Below are positions 39,160-53,500 of a DNA stretch of 64,000 bases, piece by piece. The position numbers and the translations under genes were made by a program. Where the stretch lies: assembly GCA_951406725.2 (NCBI GenBank), contig OX597821.1, positions 86,490,001-86,554,000 on the forward strand. The letters are read 5' to 3'. Origin of the DNA: Octopus vulgaris (Eukaryota). The notes under the pieces are model-generated. The model did no database searches and was not told the DNA's origin. It saw only the letters and a list, made by a program, of their open reading frames with translations. Each line of letters begins with the position of its first letter. The stretch's first letter is position 1.

Positions 39160-39570
39160 CTTTACTATCCACAAGGGGCTAAACACAGAGAGGACAAACA
39201 ATGACAGACAAACAGATTAAGTCTTTTATATCGGCCTCAGTACGTAACTGGTACTTATTTAATCGACCCCGAAAGGATGAAAGGCAAAGTCGACCTCGGC
39301 GGAATTTGAACTCAGAACGTAGCGGCAGACGAAATACCTGTTTCTGTTTCTTTATTACCCACAAGGGGCTAAACATAGAGGGGACAAACAAGGACAGACA
39401 AACGGATTAAGTCGATTACATCGACCCCAGTACGTTACTGGTACTTAATTTAACGACCCCGAAAGGATGAAAGGCAAAGTCGACCTCGGTGGAATTTGAA
39501 CTCAGAACGTAACGGTAGACGAAATACGGCTACGTATTTCGCCCAGCGTGCTAACGTTTCTGCCAGCTCG
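39160..39570 (-). mobile_element. SINE family B with tandemly duplicated 3' half
   Basis: two consecutive cacaaggggctaaaca...gaactcagaacgta segments. Confidence 0.8.
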
Positions 39571-39729
39571 CTGTCCTCAATTTATATCATCGTGCAATAG
39601 ACCAGAGCAGTGGTGGGAGCTGACTGAAGAAAAGGAGTACATATATAAAGGGAGATAATTAGATGCTACGGAACACCGTATTAGGTCACCAAATGAAAGC
39701 ATAATCGATATATTACAAGAAAACGAGAC

Positions 39730-40168
39730 ATTGTTTTTATTTTCAGTTATGAAAATTATTTATTAAGTCGCACTTGGAAGAACATTTTGAACTCAGATAG
39801 TCAGTGAGTAAATGTAGTTTTTTTTTTAATGTCTGGAAAAACAGCGGAAAATAGTGTTTCATCCACTGTTGACAGATGTTCTTAGTGATTCCCATTAGTG
39901 AACGGTTAGGCAAAAAATAATCCTTAGAGTATGAACACCATTATTCATAATGAACTGCTTAGCTATAAATTCGAAATTGTGCTCTTTCTTCGACTGCAGT
40001 CCCCAAAAACTTTAGAAAAACGAAAAGAAAATCATTAAAGTATTATTTTAATATGGATTCCTTCAAATTAAAACATATAAAGATAATACCAAGGCTTGAA
40101 AAAGAATTATACATGTCTTCTCATGAACACATACATGCACGCACACGCACACACACACACTCTCTCTT

Positions 40169-40219
<51 letters not shown>

Positions 40220-40837
40220 ACCAAATCTACTGCGTCTACCAAATCCACAAACCTACAGTGTAACATATGCAAAGAAACATTAGTATGCAAACGATGCATT
40301 AAATCTAACATGCTTCGGTCCCAATTCCTCTTCTACAAACCATAATAAACTAGAAAAAGAACAAAAATAGTGCACTTCGCATCTTCATAGGTCGATCACA
40401 AACCACCTACACAAAGAAACAAAACAACTAAAATCGATAGGATCTCTGTCTTTTACAACTCCAAGTTCCAATCTTAGCAGTTTCCAGCACATATACAATC
40501 ATTACAAACACCGAGAAAAATTTAAAACACCACGGAACAACATGTGACGTAGGTAGAGTGTTTGCCACTGCAGCTCTAAGGTTTGCGGCCCACCGGGGGC
40601 CCCCAAGCCTACACGGACTTAATACAGTAATCCCAAAAGTGCCGTCACCACAAAAGCGTCGCTCGGAGCGGACAACTTCCATCATCTGGCTACGCTGCCA
40701 GGGACAACCGAGAGCTCACCCACATTGTTATTCGACCAGAAATAGGTTACAAGTAAATTTCTTTCAAATGATACCCAACCGTCTTAGAAGCGAAGACACT
40801 AAATAATGTCTTGGGTAATCTGCACTTAGGAAACAAT
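39730..40837 (-). other. candidate terminal 3'UTR exon of the micro-exon gene
   Basis: strong acceptor ttttcttttatcttttacttctgCAG just above 40837; AATAAA candidates near 39735-39765 on the - strand; 3' end approximate. Confidence 0.4.
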
Positions 40838-41245
40838 CTGCAGAAGTAAAAGATAAAAGAAAAGTTTGCGATAACTGGATGAGATGAGAAACAGATGGTC
40901 CCATGGCTAAGATGCTAGTCTTTTGCCGGTAATGTTTTCCTGCAGCTGCAATTCAGTTCAACACTTCTGACTAACGATTCACGGTTCGATTCCACTGTGA
41001 AACCACTGCTGCTACTTACAGGGTGGATCATAACCGTCTTGTGAGATCTTTTCCAATCTGATTGAAGCTAGCTGTTGAGTGGAATATACCCAGGTGATTA
41101 CCGCATTGTTCCGACGATTTGACACGATTTGCTGACTTTGCAAAGTTTCCAACACTTCTTAGATTTAATCTTAAGTTGCCTGAACCGAATTGTAGCTATC
41201 TCGGAATAAAACATAGTAATATTTCCAGGACCACTTGAATACAGT

Positions 41246-41495
41246 TGGAGGCGCGTGGCTTAGTGGTTAGGGTGTCAGCATCGTGATCGTAAGATTGTGG
41301 TTTCGATTATGGGGCGGGCGACGCGTTGTGTTCTTGAGCAAAACATTTCATTTCACGTTGCTCCAGTCCACTCAGCTGGCAAAAATGAGTAACGCTGTGA
41401 TGGACTGGCCTCCCGTCCAGCTGGGGAACACATACGCCATTGAAACTGGGAAACCGGGGCTATAAGTCTGGCTAGACTTTAAAAGGGCGCATTTA
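41246..41495 (+). mobile_element. tRNA-derived SINE
   Basis: ggaggcgcgtggcttagtggttagg...ggtttcgat head. Confidence 0.7.
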
Positions 41496-41540
41496 TTTTT
41501 TTTATTGAATAAGGTTAGTAATTTCACTTAGTATACTCAC

Positions 41541-41573
41541 ATTTTTAACCATGGCGGGCGTAATGTCTTCCGT
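41541..41573 (-). CDS. last coding micro-exon HGRHYARHG-stop (33 nt)
   Basis: ttttgtttctatctttgCAG / GTGAGT; TAA in phase 1, 4 nt before the donor. Confidence 0.68.
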
Positions 41574-44500
41574 CTGCAAAGATAGAAACAAAATGGCATT
41601 TTATGTCACTGTAATGATCAGTATCAATGTATGAGCGGTGGTTTTTTTGCTTTCAGTTTATTTCCCTGACCATGGATGTTCTGCTCACACCCCATTTTGA
41701 TCCGTGGGCTTTCTGATCGTCTGCTTAGGACTTTATTTCACCATCTTGTTCTTCTTGCTCAAGATCATTTTAAGACATTAAATTATTAGACTAAAGCATT
41801 TGTTTCCTTAATTGTTGCTATGTCGGATTCATACTAAGTTTTTTGATTTTTTATCTTTATACTGATTCCTTTTTAAGTTTCTTGTATTGAGACATAGGGT
41901 TTGTTATTTTAAATTCTGTAAGGTGAGCATTTGGAAAAAGACTTTTTTAGTGGATTAATTCATGATATTTCGTATTAGTTCCAGTGAAAATATTTATATT
42001 TACTGTATAATACATCATTATATTCGTAGTTAAATATTAATTGGTGACCCCCATCGGTCATGACACTGACCATGGGTTTGCACCTAGAGAGTTACCCTCT
42101 GAGGCACAAGTCTGGGCAAGGTTGTTTTATGGAAGACCAGCAGTCGCCCATGCATACCGGCCTCCCCTCTCCACATCACCGATGTTGTCCAAGGGAAAGG
42201 CAAGGGCCGATACAGCTTGGCACCTGTGACGTCGCAACTCATTTCTACAGCTGAGTGAACTGAAGCAACGTGAAATAAAGTGTCTTGCTCAAGAACACAA
42301 CACGCAGCCCGGTCCGGGATTCGAGCTCACAACCTCACGATCGTAAGCTCGACGCTCTAACCACTGAGCCACGCGCCTTCACACGGTGATAGATTACAAA
42401 TAAGCTATCTTCATTATACTAAATTATACTTTATGAATACATTCATTTAATTTATCAATTAATGGTAATAATAATAATGATAATAATATATGAATAATTT
42501 TACTTAATGACATATTGCAATAAAAAACATTTATTTTCAAGCGCGTATTTCTGGGGGTGGGGCTTAATAGCTAATTTATTTATAAATGTTTAAACTTTTA
42601 CTTACAGTTTTTTCCTCCGATAAACTAAGTAATTTAGTATTTGTTTTAGAAATTATTTATGTATTTATGATTAAGTAGATTACAACAATTATATATTTTT
42701 GAATAATTGTAAATATGTGAATTAATTGTAATACAAACTATTCTTAATAATTTTAATAAATTTTTTATGTACTTTATAGCTTGTATTCATACAGCAACAC
42801 TTAAATTTTGTTACATCTGAAAGCGATAAAATTTATAATCTCTTTATCTAAGAAATAATATAGGTAATATTTACCATAGATCCGATTTTCAAATTTCGAA
42901 CGTACAATTTTTTTTTAAGTACTAAAAACTGAGCAGGAGATATTCTATTTAAAATATTTTGGATTATGTCAAATAACCTAATATGATTACAGTAGATAGT
43001 TACTCCTTGAGATCAAATTTCGCCGATGTTAGTGCTGGATTTCGTCCTTCCGGAATGGATAAGGCAACTGTACCATTCATGTACTGAGGTCGATTCAATA
43101 AACTTTTCTCTCTCGTAAAAAAATAATTGAATTTATACCAATTTTAGAGATTAACTTAATGCAACCACGCATTAACTCTTCGCAGATAAAACATAATTCT
43201 AGATTGTTATACTTACGACGTCTATGCCAGCGCTTCCTATAGTGTCCAGCTGTATATTATAAAACAAAGTGAAACATCTTTAGGAGAAAATTATTACTTT
43301 TCGTATTTTATTTTCATTTGATTCTGGGAGATGGAAATAAATTATAAGATTTGATCAACTAATAATTTTGTAGATGAAATTTTGTGAGAAGAGTCGATTT
43401 GAAAGAATTTTAAATATTGAACTATAAGTACGGAAACTGGAAGCCAGTACTTAAACAACTAAACTTATTTTTTCGATTTCATTCCAAAATTCAATTAATC
43501 TTTTAATTAATCAAATGTATTCTACTTGCCATTCATTAATAATTTTGAAACGAACTTCAAACAGGTGAAAATATAATACAAAAATTACTTTTAAAACGGT
43601 TGGACATACATTACTTTGTTTGAGATCATTTGGATTTTATCAAGTAATCGACGTAGAAAAATTATGACTACGAAATAGTGTGTGACATTTGACGCCACAG
43701 CCGCCGAAATAATGTAGGACATCTTGCAATGAGTAATAACAGGATGCTCAATTGTCACACTGCAAAGTCATCAACATATGTTGTAAATGTAAAATAGGGC
43801 CGTTAAAGCAGTAGAAAGATTTATATATCTAATTTAATTGTATGGACCTACTAGCGCTCTATTGTATTATTACCTGCTGAGTGATCTACACGTTTTAAGA
43901 GTGTCGTTAGGAGATTGACATGTGTTGTGAATAACGAGAATCAAAGAGCGGTGGACAAAGTAACTTGTAGTATTTCGAAACCCACCAAAGATGGCTTTGC
44001 GTTTCCTTCTTACAGATTCCACGAAATATAAATATACCAAGTATTGTGACTAATTGATAAGCAATACATTTCCCAAAAAAACAATGCGTGGCTTTGTGTT
44101 TTTTTTTTTTTGTTTTTTTTTTCTAGTTTCAGCTCAGAGCTGCGGCCATGCTGATGCACCGCCGTTTTGTGCTACACTGTTATTGCGACGAACCTCGTCT
44201 AATATGTGGCACTTGGTGAAGAATGGAGTTTGATACAGCTACTCTCATTTGCACCTCTTGCCGTGAGGTAGGTTCATCTGGGACTCTTGACAGGAAGATG
44301 TCCAGCTTTGATTTAAAAACGGCTACATCTACTTGGTGCAAGTTCCTCAGACTCTTTGGGAGAATATTAAAAAGCTGTGGGCCCTTGAAACCCAGGCTGT
44401 TGCAGAAGCTGGTCCTGAAGCGTGATGGCATTGCTGGGATCTTTGGCACTATGCAGTGTCGTCCCGTTCTAGCATTGGTGTAGCTTACAATGCCAAAATT

Positions 44501-47500
44501 TGGCCCAATTCCTTCCGGGATCTTCCAGACATGTTAGAAATAAATTTTGAGAAAGGGTGAGAGATTTAGGGGCAATTTTCCGTTTGATTTAATCAACCTA
44601 GTGCTAGATCGGATCTAGTGTTATCAAACCCAGAAGATGAAAGGCATACAAGAAAATTTTTTTAAAAATTGAATTTATACCAATTTTAGAGATTAATTTA
44701 ATGCAACCACACATTAACTCATCGCAGATAAAATATAATTCTAGATTGTTATACTTACGACGTCTATGCCAGCGCCTCCTATAGTGTCCAGCTGTATATT
44801 ATAAAACAAAGTGAAATATCTTTAGAAGAAAATAATTACTTTTCATATTTTATTTTCATTTGATTCTGGGAGATGGAAATAAATTATAAGATTTGATCAA
44901 CTGATATTTTTGTAGATGAAATTTTGTGAGAAGAGTCGGTTTGAAAGAATTTTAAATATTGAACTATAAGTACGGAAACTGGAAGTCAGTACTTAAAAAA
45001 TTAAAATTATTTCTTCAATTTCATTCCAAAATTCAATTAACCTTTTAATTAATCAAATGTATTCTACTTGCCATCCATTCATCATTTTGAAACAAATTTC
45101 AATCAGGTGAAAATATGATACAAAAATTACTTTTAAAACGGTTGGACATACATTACTTTGTTTGAGATCATTTGGATTTTATCAAGTAATCGATGTAGAA
45201 AAACTATGATTACGAAATAGTGTGTGACATTTGACGCCACAGCCACCGAAATAATGTAGGACATCTTGCAATGAGTAATAACAGGATTCTCAATTCTCAA
45301 ACTGTAAAGTCATCAACATATGTTGTAAATGTAAAATAGGGCCGTAAAAGCAGTAGAAAGATTTATATATTTAACTTAATTGTATGGACCTACTAGCGCT
45401 CTATTGTATTATTACCTGCTGAGTGATCTACACGTTTTAAGAGTGTCGTTAGGAGATTGATATGTGTTGTGAATAACGAGAATCAAAGAGCAGTGGACAA
45501 AGTAACTTGTAGTATTTCGAAACCCACCAAAGATGGCTTTGCGTTTCCTTCTTACAGATTCCACGAAATATAAACATACCAAGTATTGTGACTAATTGAT
45601 AAGCAATACATTTCCCAAAAAACAATGCGTGGCTTTGTGCTTATGTTAGAAATAAATTTTGGAAAAGGATGAGAGATTTAGGGGCAATTTTCCGTTTGAT
45701 TTAATCAACCTAGTGCTAGATCGGATCTAGTGTTATCAAACCCAGAAGATTAAAGGCATACAAGAACATTTTTTTTTAATTGAATTTATACCAATTTTAG
45801 AGATTAATTTAATGCAACCACACATTAACTCATCGCAGATAAAATATAATTCTAGATTGTTATACTTACGACGTCTCTGCCAGCGCCTCCTATAGTGTCC
45901 AGCTGTATATTATAAAACAAAGTGAAATATCTTTAGAAGAAAATAATTACTTTTCATATTTTATTTTCATTTGATTCTGGGAGATGGAAATAAATCATAA
46001 GATTTAATCAACTGATAATTTTGTAGATGAAATTTTGTGAGAAGAGTCGGTTTGAAAGAATTTTAAATATTGAACTATAAGTACGGAAACTGGAAGCCAG
46101 TACTTAAACAACTAAACTTATTTTTTCGATTCCATTCCAAAATTCAATTAATCTTTTAATTATTCAAATGTATTCTATTTGCCATTTATTAATAATTTTG
46201 AAACGAATTTCAAACAGGTGAAAATATGATACAAAAATTACTTTTAAAACATTTGGATATACATTACTTTGTTTGAGATCATTTGGATTTTATCAAATAA
46301 TCGATGTAGAAAAACTATGATTACGAAATAGTGTGTGACATTTGACGCCACAGCCACCGAAATAATGTAGGACATCTTGCAATGAGTAATAACAGGATTC
46401 TCAATTCTCAAACTGTAAAGTCATCAACATATGTTGTAAATGTAAAATAGGGCCGTAAAAGCAGTAGAAAGATTTATATATTTAACTTAATTGTATGGAC
46501 CTACTAGCGCTCTATTGTATTATTACCTGCTGAGTGATCTACACGTTTTAAGAGTGTCGTTAGGAGATTGACATGTGTTGTGAATAACGAGAATCAAAGA
46601 GCAGTAGACAAAGTAACTTGTAGTATTTCGAAACCCACCAAAGATGGCTTTGCGTTTCCTTCTTACAGATTCCACGAAATATATAAACATACCAAGTATT
46701 GTGACTAATTGATAAGCAATACATTTCCCAAAAAACAATGCGTGGCTTTGTGCTTATGTTAGAAATAAATTTTGGAAAAGGATGAGAGATTTAGGGGCAA
46801 TTTTCCGTTTGATTTAATCAACCTAGTGCTAGATCGGTTCTAGTGTTATCAAACCCAGAAGATGATGGGCATACATGAAAATTTTTTTTAAAATTGAATT
46901 TATATCAATTTTAGAGATTAATTTAATGCAACCACACATTAACTCATCGCAGATAAAATATAATTCTAGATCGGTATACTTACGACGTCTCTGCCAGCGC
47001 CTCCTATAGTGTCCAGCTGTATATTATAAAACAAAGTGAAATATCTTTAGAGGAAAATAATTACTTTTCATATTTTATTTTCATTTGATTCTGGGAGACG
47101 GAAATAAATTATAAGATTTGATCAACTGATATTTTTATAGATGAAATTTTGTGAGAAGAGTCGGTTTGAAAGGATGTTAAATATTGAACTTAAGGTACGG
47201 AAACTGGAAGCCAGTACTTAAACAACTAAACTTATTTTTTCGATTCCATTCCAAAACTCAATTAATCTTTTAATTATTCAAATGTATCCTATTTGGTATC
47301 CGTTCATCATTTTGAAACAAATTTCAAACAGGTGAAACTAAAATATAAAAATTACTTTTAAAACAGTTGGAAATACATTACTTTGTTTGGGATCATTTGG
47401 ATTTTATCAAGTAATCGACATAGAAAAACTATGATTACGAAATAGTGCATGACATTTGACGCCACAGATTAATTTAATGGAACCGCACATTAAGTCTTCG

Positions 47501-50500
47501 CAGATAAATTATAATTCTAGTTTGGTATACTTATGAGATTTATTCCAGGGTTTCCTATAGTGATCTGTACATTATAAAACAAAGTGAAATATATTTAGAA
47601 GAAAATAATTACTTGTGGTATATTATTTTCATTTGATTCTGGGAGATGGAAATAAATGTGTGGCTTTGTGATTATGTTAGAAATAAATTTTGAAAAAGGG
47701 TGAGAGATTTAGGGGCAATTTTACGTTTGATTTAATTGATCTAGTGCTAGATCGGTTCTAATGTTATCAAACCCAGAAGATGAAAGGCATACAAGAAACC
47801 AGTGAAATTTGAAGACAAAGTTAATGGCATAAGGAAGCAATGTTGAATATGTAACCAGTTTTCTGTTGCTATGCCACTCTGCCGTGCAAATGTTAGTAAT
47901 AGAATTAATTTCTTCTTATATGAGCACAAAAGTGCTGTATTAAATGGGGGGAAAAAGTAGCATAGTGTGCTTAACCTATCCCCCAAAACCGTCAAAAACG
48001 CATGTGAAATGACTTCAATCATCCCGCTGTGTTTGGGTTTATGATATTTTATCTCTAAGTCTGGAGGTGGGACTTTACAAGTATGGTGAGATCAATGCAG
48101 GTGATGATCAGCTTTAACATGTGTGTATCTACAAGTGCCGGAAAATATGCTTAGGAAGAGAACTGCAGAAGGTTGCCAGCAGAAGAAATGATTGAGAGAA
48201 GTTCATCTAGTGGAATGTGGTACGCAACTAAGTAATTTATAGCAATGAAGGCAGTTATCGCATTAATAGAAACTGCAGAGAAAGGGACACTGCATATTTG
48301 TAGCTTATTGGCTGTTGTAAAGGAAATATTGTTGACACTGCTTTACAGTGGATATTTCTAGGCCGCTTTTTCCTTCTTAAGAAATAGCTTTAGAAATTTG
48401 GCAAGTAGTAAAGCTTCGTTAATCAACTTCAGCTTTCTGGTGGTCCACTATAGATAGATTTCTTCATTAAGTTACAGCCTTTTTATCATTTTGCTACAAA
48501 ATAGCTGCTGCGATATACCGTCTCATACTTCTTAATTGCCTTCAATTTACATTGAGGTGTTATTTTTATACGACAGAAATCATAATTATTTTATAAAATA
48601 CTAGCAGTATCGCCCGGCGTTGCTCGGGTTTGTAAGGGAAATAACTATATAAGCATTTTTAGAGAGTTACTTCTCTTATATAATAGCAAAAAAATGCATT
48701 AAAAATGGGCAAAAATGATGGTAAACTTTTTTTAAATCGTAGACTCATCGTAGACGCGCGCTAATACCCAGAAGGGCTCGATATGAATCACGACTATAAG
48801 ATACCCGCTTTTGGTTAAACTGCACCGCAAAATGTGGGAGTAGTTAGGAATCTAAATCGTAGGAGACAGACACTCACACAACTTCACTTTTATATATAAA
48901 GATATTGAAGCATTCGGTCTACAACTCATAGATAATATCATCGTGGTTAAAATGCTATTTTATATGTGTATAATTACGATGTCCATGTAAGTGTTGGCCA
49001 TGGTGTCCATCTGCATAAAACAAAATTTTATTAAGAGTAAGAGTTACCAATCAGGACATTATTCTCAAGAATCTGTCTAAAGTTTGACATTCAAAAAAAA
49101 AACCATCTTTTCATATAACAATTTTGTATAGGGAGAGTCAGTTGGAAAGAAATTTGATAGCTGAATTTAAAATACGAACACTCATGGACACTTAATATTG
49201 AAACAAATAAAATTTTGTTTTCTTCGATTTCATTCCGAAATTCAGTTGTGAGATCTTTAAAATTTTCAAATTTATTTCACATGCATTCACGATTTCGGTT
49301 TTAAGACAAAGCTTCTTTTTCTAAATTTCAAGTTTCAAACGAGAAAGAAATTTAAAAAAATCTGTGATTTGCTCACCCCAAAAAGGCATAAATAAACAGA
49401 AATTATTCTGTTTAGAATATCTTGAAATATGTAAAATAAGCACAAAGAAAATTGATATCATGACATATTTTACATCACAACCTAAGAATCGGTGTCCTTA
49501 CTATCGCGACTATTAATTGGATAGTTTATTCTCATAGCGCTAGAGACAGATATTATCTTGTAGAAGTAAAATGGCACAAGTAATAGTTGTATAAAATACA
49601 TAGAAATAGATCAAACTTAAATGTATAGATTTATAGACTCTCTATAGCGTAATTAGAAGCCTGTCTTCTGATTAAGTGATATATAAATGCTTAAAAACGA
49701 GCTATTGCCTTAAAAATGGTTCTGAATTATTAAAATCAGATATTGGGGGACAAAATAATTTACAGTTCTTCGAAACCCTAAAAAGGCTGATTTAGCCTTT
49801 CATTCTCAAGAAATTAATAAAATAAGTACCAACCGAGAATTAAAGTCGACACGATAGACAATACCTTTCCTCAAAAATGTGAGGCCTTCTGCCTACATCA
49901 GAAATAATTTGGGGAAATAATGGTCGATTTGGTTGAGGTGAGGTGGAAGGCGAGATTATAATCGAATCAACTTAGAACTAGATTGATTTTAATATTATCG
50001 AACCCTAAAGGGGCGAGATGGCAGAATCGTTAGCACGCCGAACAAAATGATTAGCGGCATTTCGTCCGTCTTTACATTCTGAGTTCAAATTCCGTCGAGG
50101 TCGACTTTACTTTTCATCCTTTCGAGGACGATGAAAATAGTACCAGATAAAAAAAAGTACCAGTTGGATACTGGGGTTGATGTAATCAACTTACCCCTCT
50201 CCCAAAATTGCTGACCTTGTGTTAAAATTTGAAATTAATATTATCGAATCCCGAAGGTGAACCACAAACCTGAGCCCCTCGGGATTTGAAGTCCAGAAAG
50301 TTCAAAAACGTAAGGAAATATTGAAGAGAATGTAATTTGTTGCGATGTCAATATTCTATACCGAGGGTATCGAGACATAAGTGAAATTATCTCATATTCC
50401 GCAGCACATAATAGATGTCTTAGGTTAAGATATTTTATTTGTGAGCCAAGTGAGATCAGTGTTGATGATGTTCAGTTTGAACATCTGTAGATCAACTGTG

Positions 50501-53500
50501 GAGGTGCAGTGGCCCAATGGTTAGGACAGTGGACTCACGGTCATAGGATCGCGGTTTCGATTCCCAGACCGGGTGTTGTGAGTGTTTATTGAGCGAAAAC
50601 ACCTAAAAGCTCCACGAGGCTCCGGCAGGGGATGGTGGTGATCCCTGCTGTACTCTTTCACCACAACTTTCTCTCACTCTTACTTCCTGTTTCTGTTGTA
50701 CCTGTATTTCAAAGGGCCGGCCTTGTCACTCTCTGTGTCACACTGAATATCCCCGAGAACTACGTTAAGGGTGCACGTGTCTGTGGAGTGCTCAGCTACT
50801 TACACGTTAATTTCACGAGCAGGCTGTTCCGTTGATTCGGATCAACCGGAACCCTCGTCGTCGTAACCGACGGAGTGCTTCCACAGATCAACTACGGAAA
50901 GAGAATTACAAAATCTTAAGAGCTGAAAGCTAGACGCTGAGACTGGTTTGTCTGGGAGTTGGTAGCATGCAACAAGCTAATTCAGAGCAAAAAAGGTCGT
51001 CATCATATCATAGAATATATAGAGAAATGACACTGCACATCTGATGTACTCCGCATCAAGTTTGATAAAAAAAAAAGTATTATGTAGACTTTGGCTAGTC
51101 GTAAAGCTTTGACAATCAACCCCAGCTTTCTGGTTGCCCAATCATTTTACAAACGAGTTATTGTGTTTGTGTACAAGGCTTTTATCATGCGACATTTTGT
51201 TAATATGTAGCTGCGATGTACATCCCCGTACTTTTTCCCTTTCGGTTTACTGAGATGCCATGATATAACAGGAAACAATGATTTCATGAGATTTTGAGGT
51301 AATCAGTTTATAATACATAAATAGTGTTCGATCATGTTATTTAGTTTCATCGGTTTGGTTAATTTTAATAAAAGTACAGGAATTAGACAACTGTTTGAAA
51401 ATATTTCAAGAAATCTTCTTTCATTCCAAGGTGATAAATCCTTAGCTTCTTGAATCCGGTTTACGTTGGAACAATACGTCTGACTAATTTTTAACAATGG
51501 AGATAGTTTCTTTAGCGTTTTGCTTTCGTAATACATTGATTTGTATTCTACCTTTTCGACTATACTCTTTACTCTTTTACTTGTTTCAGTCATTTGACTG
51601 CGGCCATGCTGGAGCACCGCCTTTAATCGAGCAACTCGACCCCGGGACTTATTCTTTGTAAGCCCAGTACTTATTCTATCGGTCTCTTTTGCCGAACCGC
51701 TAAGTGACGGAGACGTAAACACACCAGCATCAGTTGTCAAGCAATGCTAGGGGTACACAAATGCACACACATATATATATATACATATATACAACAGGCT
51801 TCTTTCAGTTTCCGTCAACCAAATCCACTCACAAGGCATATAGCAGAAGACACTTGCCCAAGATGCCACGCAGTGGGACTGAACCCAGAACCATGTGGTT
51901 GGTTAGCAAGCTACTTACCACACAGCCACTCCTACGCCTTGTAAGTTCTTGTTTTTTATGTAGTTTATAATTTAGTGTTTCAAATTTTATCACTAATTTT
52001 TAATTCCCTTTGTTTTCTGGACATGATATCATCGTTACACATCAAAATTACAGGAATTTGTAACTTTTTTTCTTATAAATAATATTTCATCGTTCAATTT
52101 ATAGCTTAAACTTGACTAAAGGTAATTAGGATTTAACTTTTCCATTTTGATATTCTAGAGGTATTTTGGTTTCTGCACAAAACTTTGACGTTTATGCTCA
52201 GATTTCGATCATATCTCAACCAACCGTGGCGATATTATCTCTTTACTATTGACGTGTATTTAATTTAATATATATGTTGGCAGTGTTCGATAGTTCAACG
52301 AAGTCTAAATTATAGTAATTCATAGCTTGAGTTTCCTTTCCTTTTATGTTTTATTGTATTGTATTGACATACTGCATAAGCATGCAGTGCGAGTAGTTCC
52401 TTATCGAAATTAATTTGGCTTATTTATACATCTATGCTAAAGTAATATATAATATTTATATACGCAAAACTATAATCATAACAGTATTTTGTCGCTCAAA
52501 AGTTTCTTATGCTGCCTTTATGAAAGCAATAATTATATGCGTTCAATTGAGCTGAAGTCTGCATTCACTGTGTGTGTGTGTATGTGCATGTATGTATGTA
52601 TGTGTGTTTGTGTGTATGTGTGTGTGCGCGTGTGTGTGTAAAATTTATTACCTACTGAAATATTTTGTTGCAGTTTAATAGATAGTTCTATAGAGGCGAA
52701 GAATTGGACAAAATATCGTCCAGTAATTATATATCAACTTTTCTGCTTTCCGATCAAATTCCGCTGACGTCAATTTTGGTTCTCAACTTTCCCGAATGGA
52801 TAAAATATAGTTCCAGCCAAGTATATGCTATACCCTTCCGTATACAAAAATTAGCCTTTTAATAGTATTAGATATCAATACATAGAAATATCACATATTG
52901 GATCCTGTAGTAAAAATGTTATTTTAGATGCACTTACGATGTCCAGGCCAGTGTTTGTCAGGATATCCAGGCCAGTGTTTGTCGGGATATCCAGGCCAGT
53001 GTTTGCCATGATGTCCATCTGTATATTATAAAACAAAGCAAAATATATTTAGAAGAGAATAATTCCCTGTCAGGACATTATTTTTAGTTTATTCTGGATT
53101 AGAAGACTAAAGTATGAGATACATTTAGCAATTGTCACATGCCGATTTTTTTTAGTTCAATTGTAAGAAATGAATATACAGAACTTAAAATGCGAAAAGA
53201 AAGCAAAAGTGAATATTTAATCAACTGAAATTATTTATTTTATTAATTTCATTTTGAATTTCAATTTTATTTTATATTCTCTAGTGACTTCCTTTTAAAA
53301 CGATACATTCATATTCTGAGTTTCGAATTTCAAACGGACGAAAAAAAAATTATAAAAAAAAGATTACTCAAAATAAATAACCAGAAAAAACTTAACAGTT
53401 CAAATATAAGAGGTACTTTAATTATATCAGTGGTTGGTTATAATGAAGTTAAATATTAATATTTAACGTATATATAAATTGAAGATGTAAGATGATGGCT

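Larger units (their letters stand above)
43125..47800. repeat. tandem array of ~1.11 kb units (4 copies plus a deleted, diverged 5th), each carrying one micro-exon
   Basis: exon-to-exon spacing 1542 (with insertion), 1111, 1114 and 551 nt; long near-identical blocks such as gacatttgacgccacagcc and caaagatggctttgcgtttcc. Confidence 0.95.

Noticed and set aside
43125-47800. CRISPR-like or purely non-coding satellite interpretation of the tandem array
   Set aside because: Eukaryotic context, kb-sized units without unique spacers, and each unit contains a splice-competent exon.
48978-53018. Reflectin-like reading (MDTMANTYMDI, MDIMANT...) of the micro-exons in phase 0
   Set aside because: Met-Asp arises automatically from His-Gly codons read in another frame (CAT GGA CAT). 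The other exons give no reflectin motif in phase 0, so phase 1 is preferred, although phase 0 is not formally excluded.
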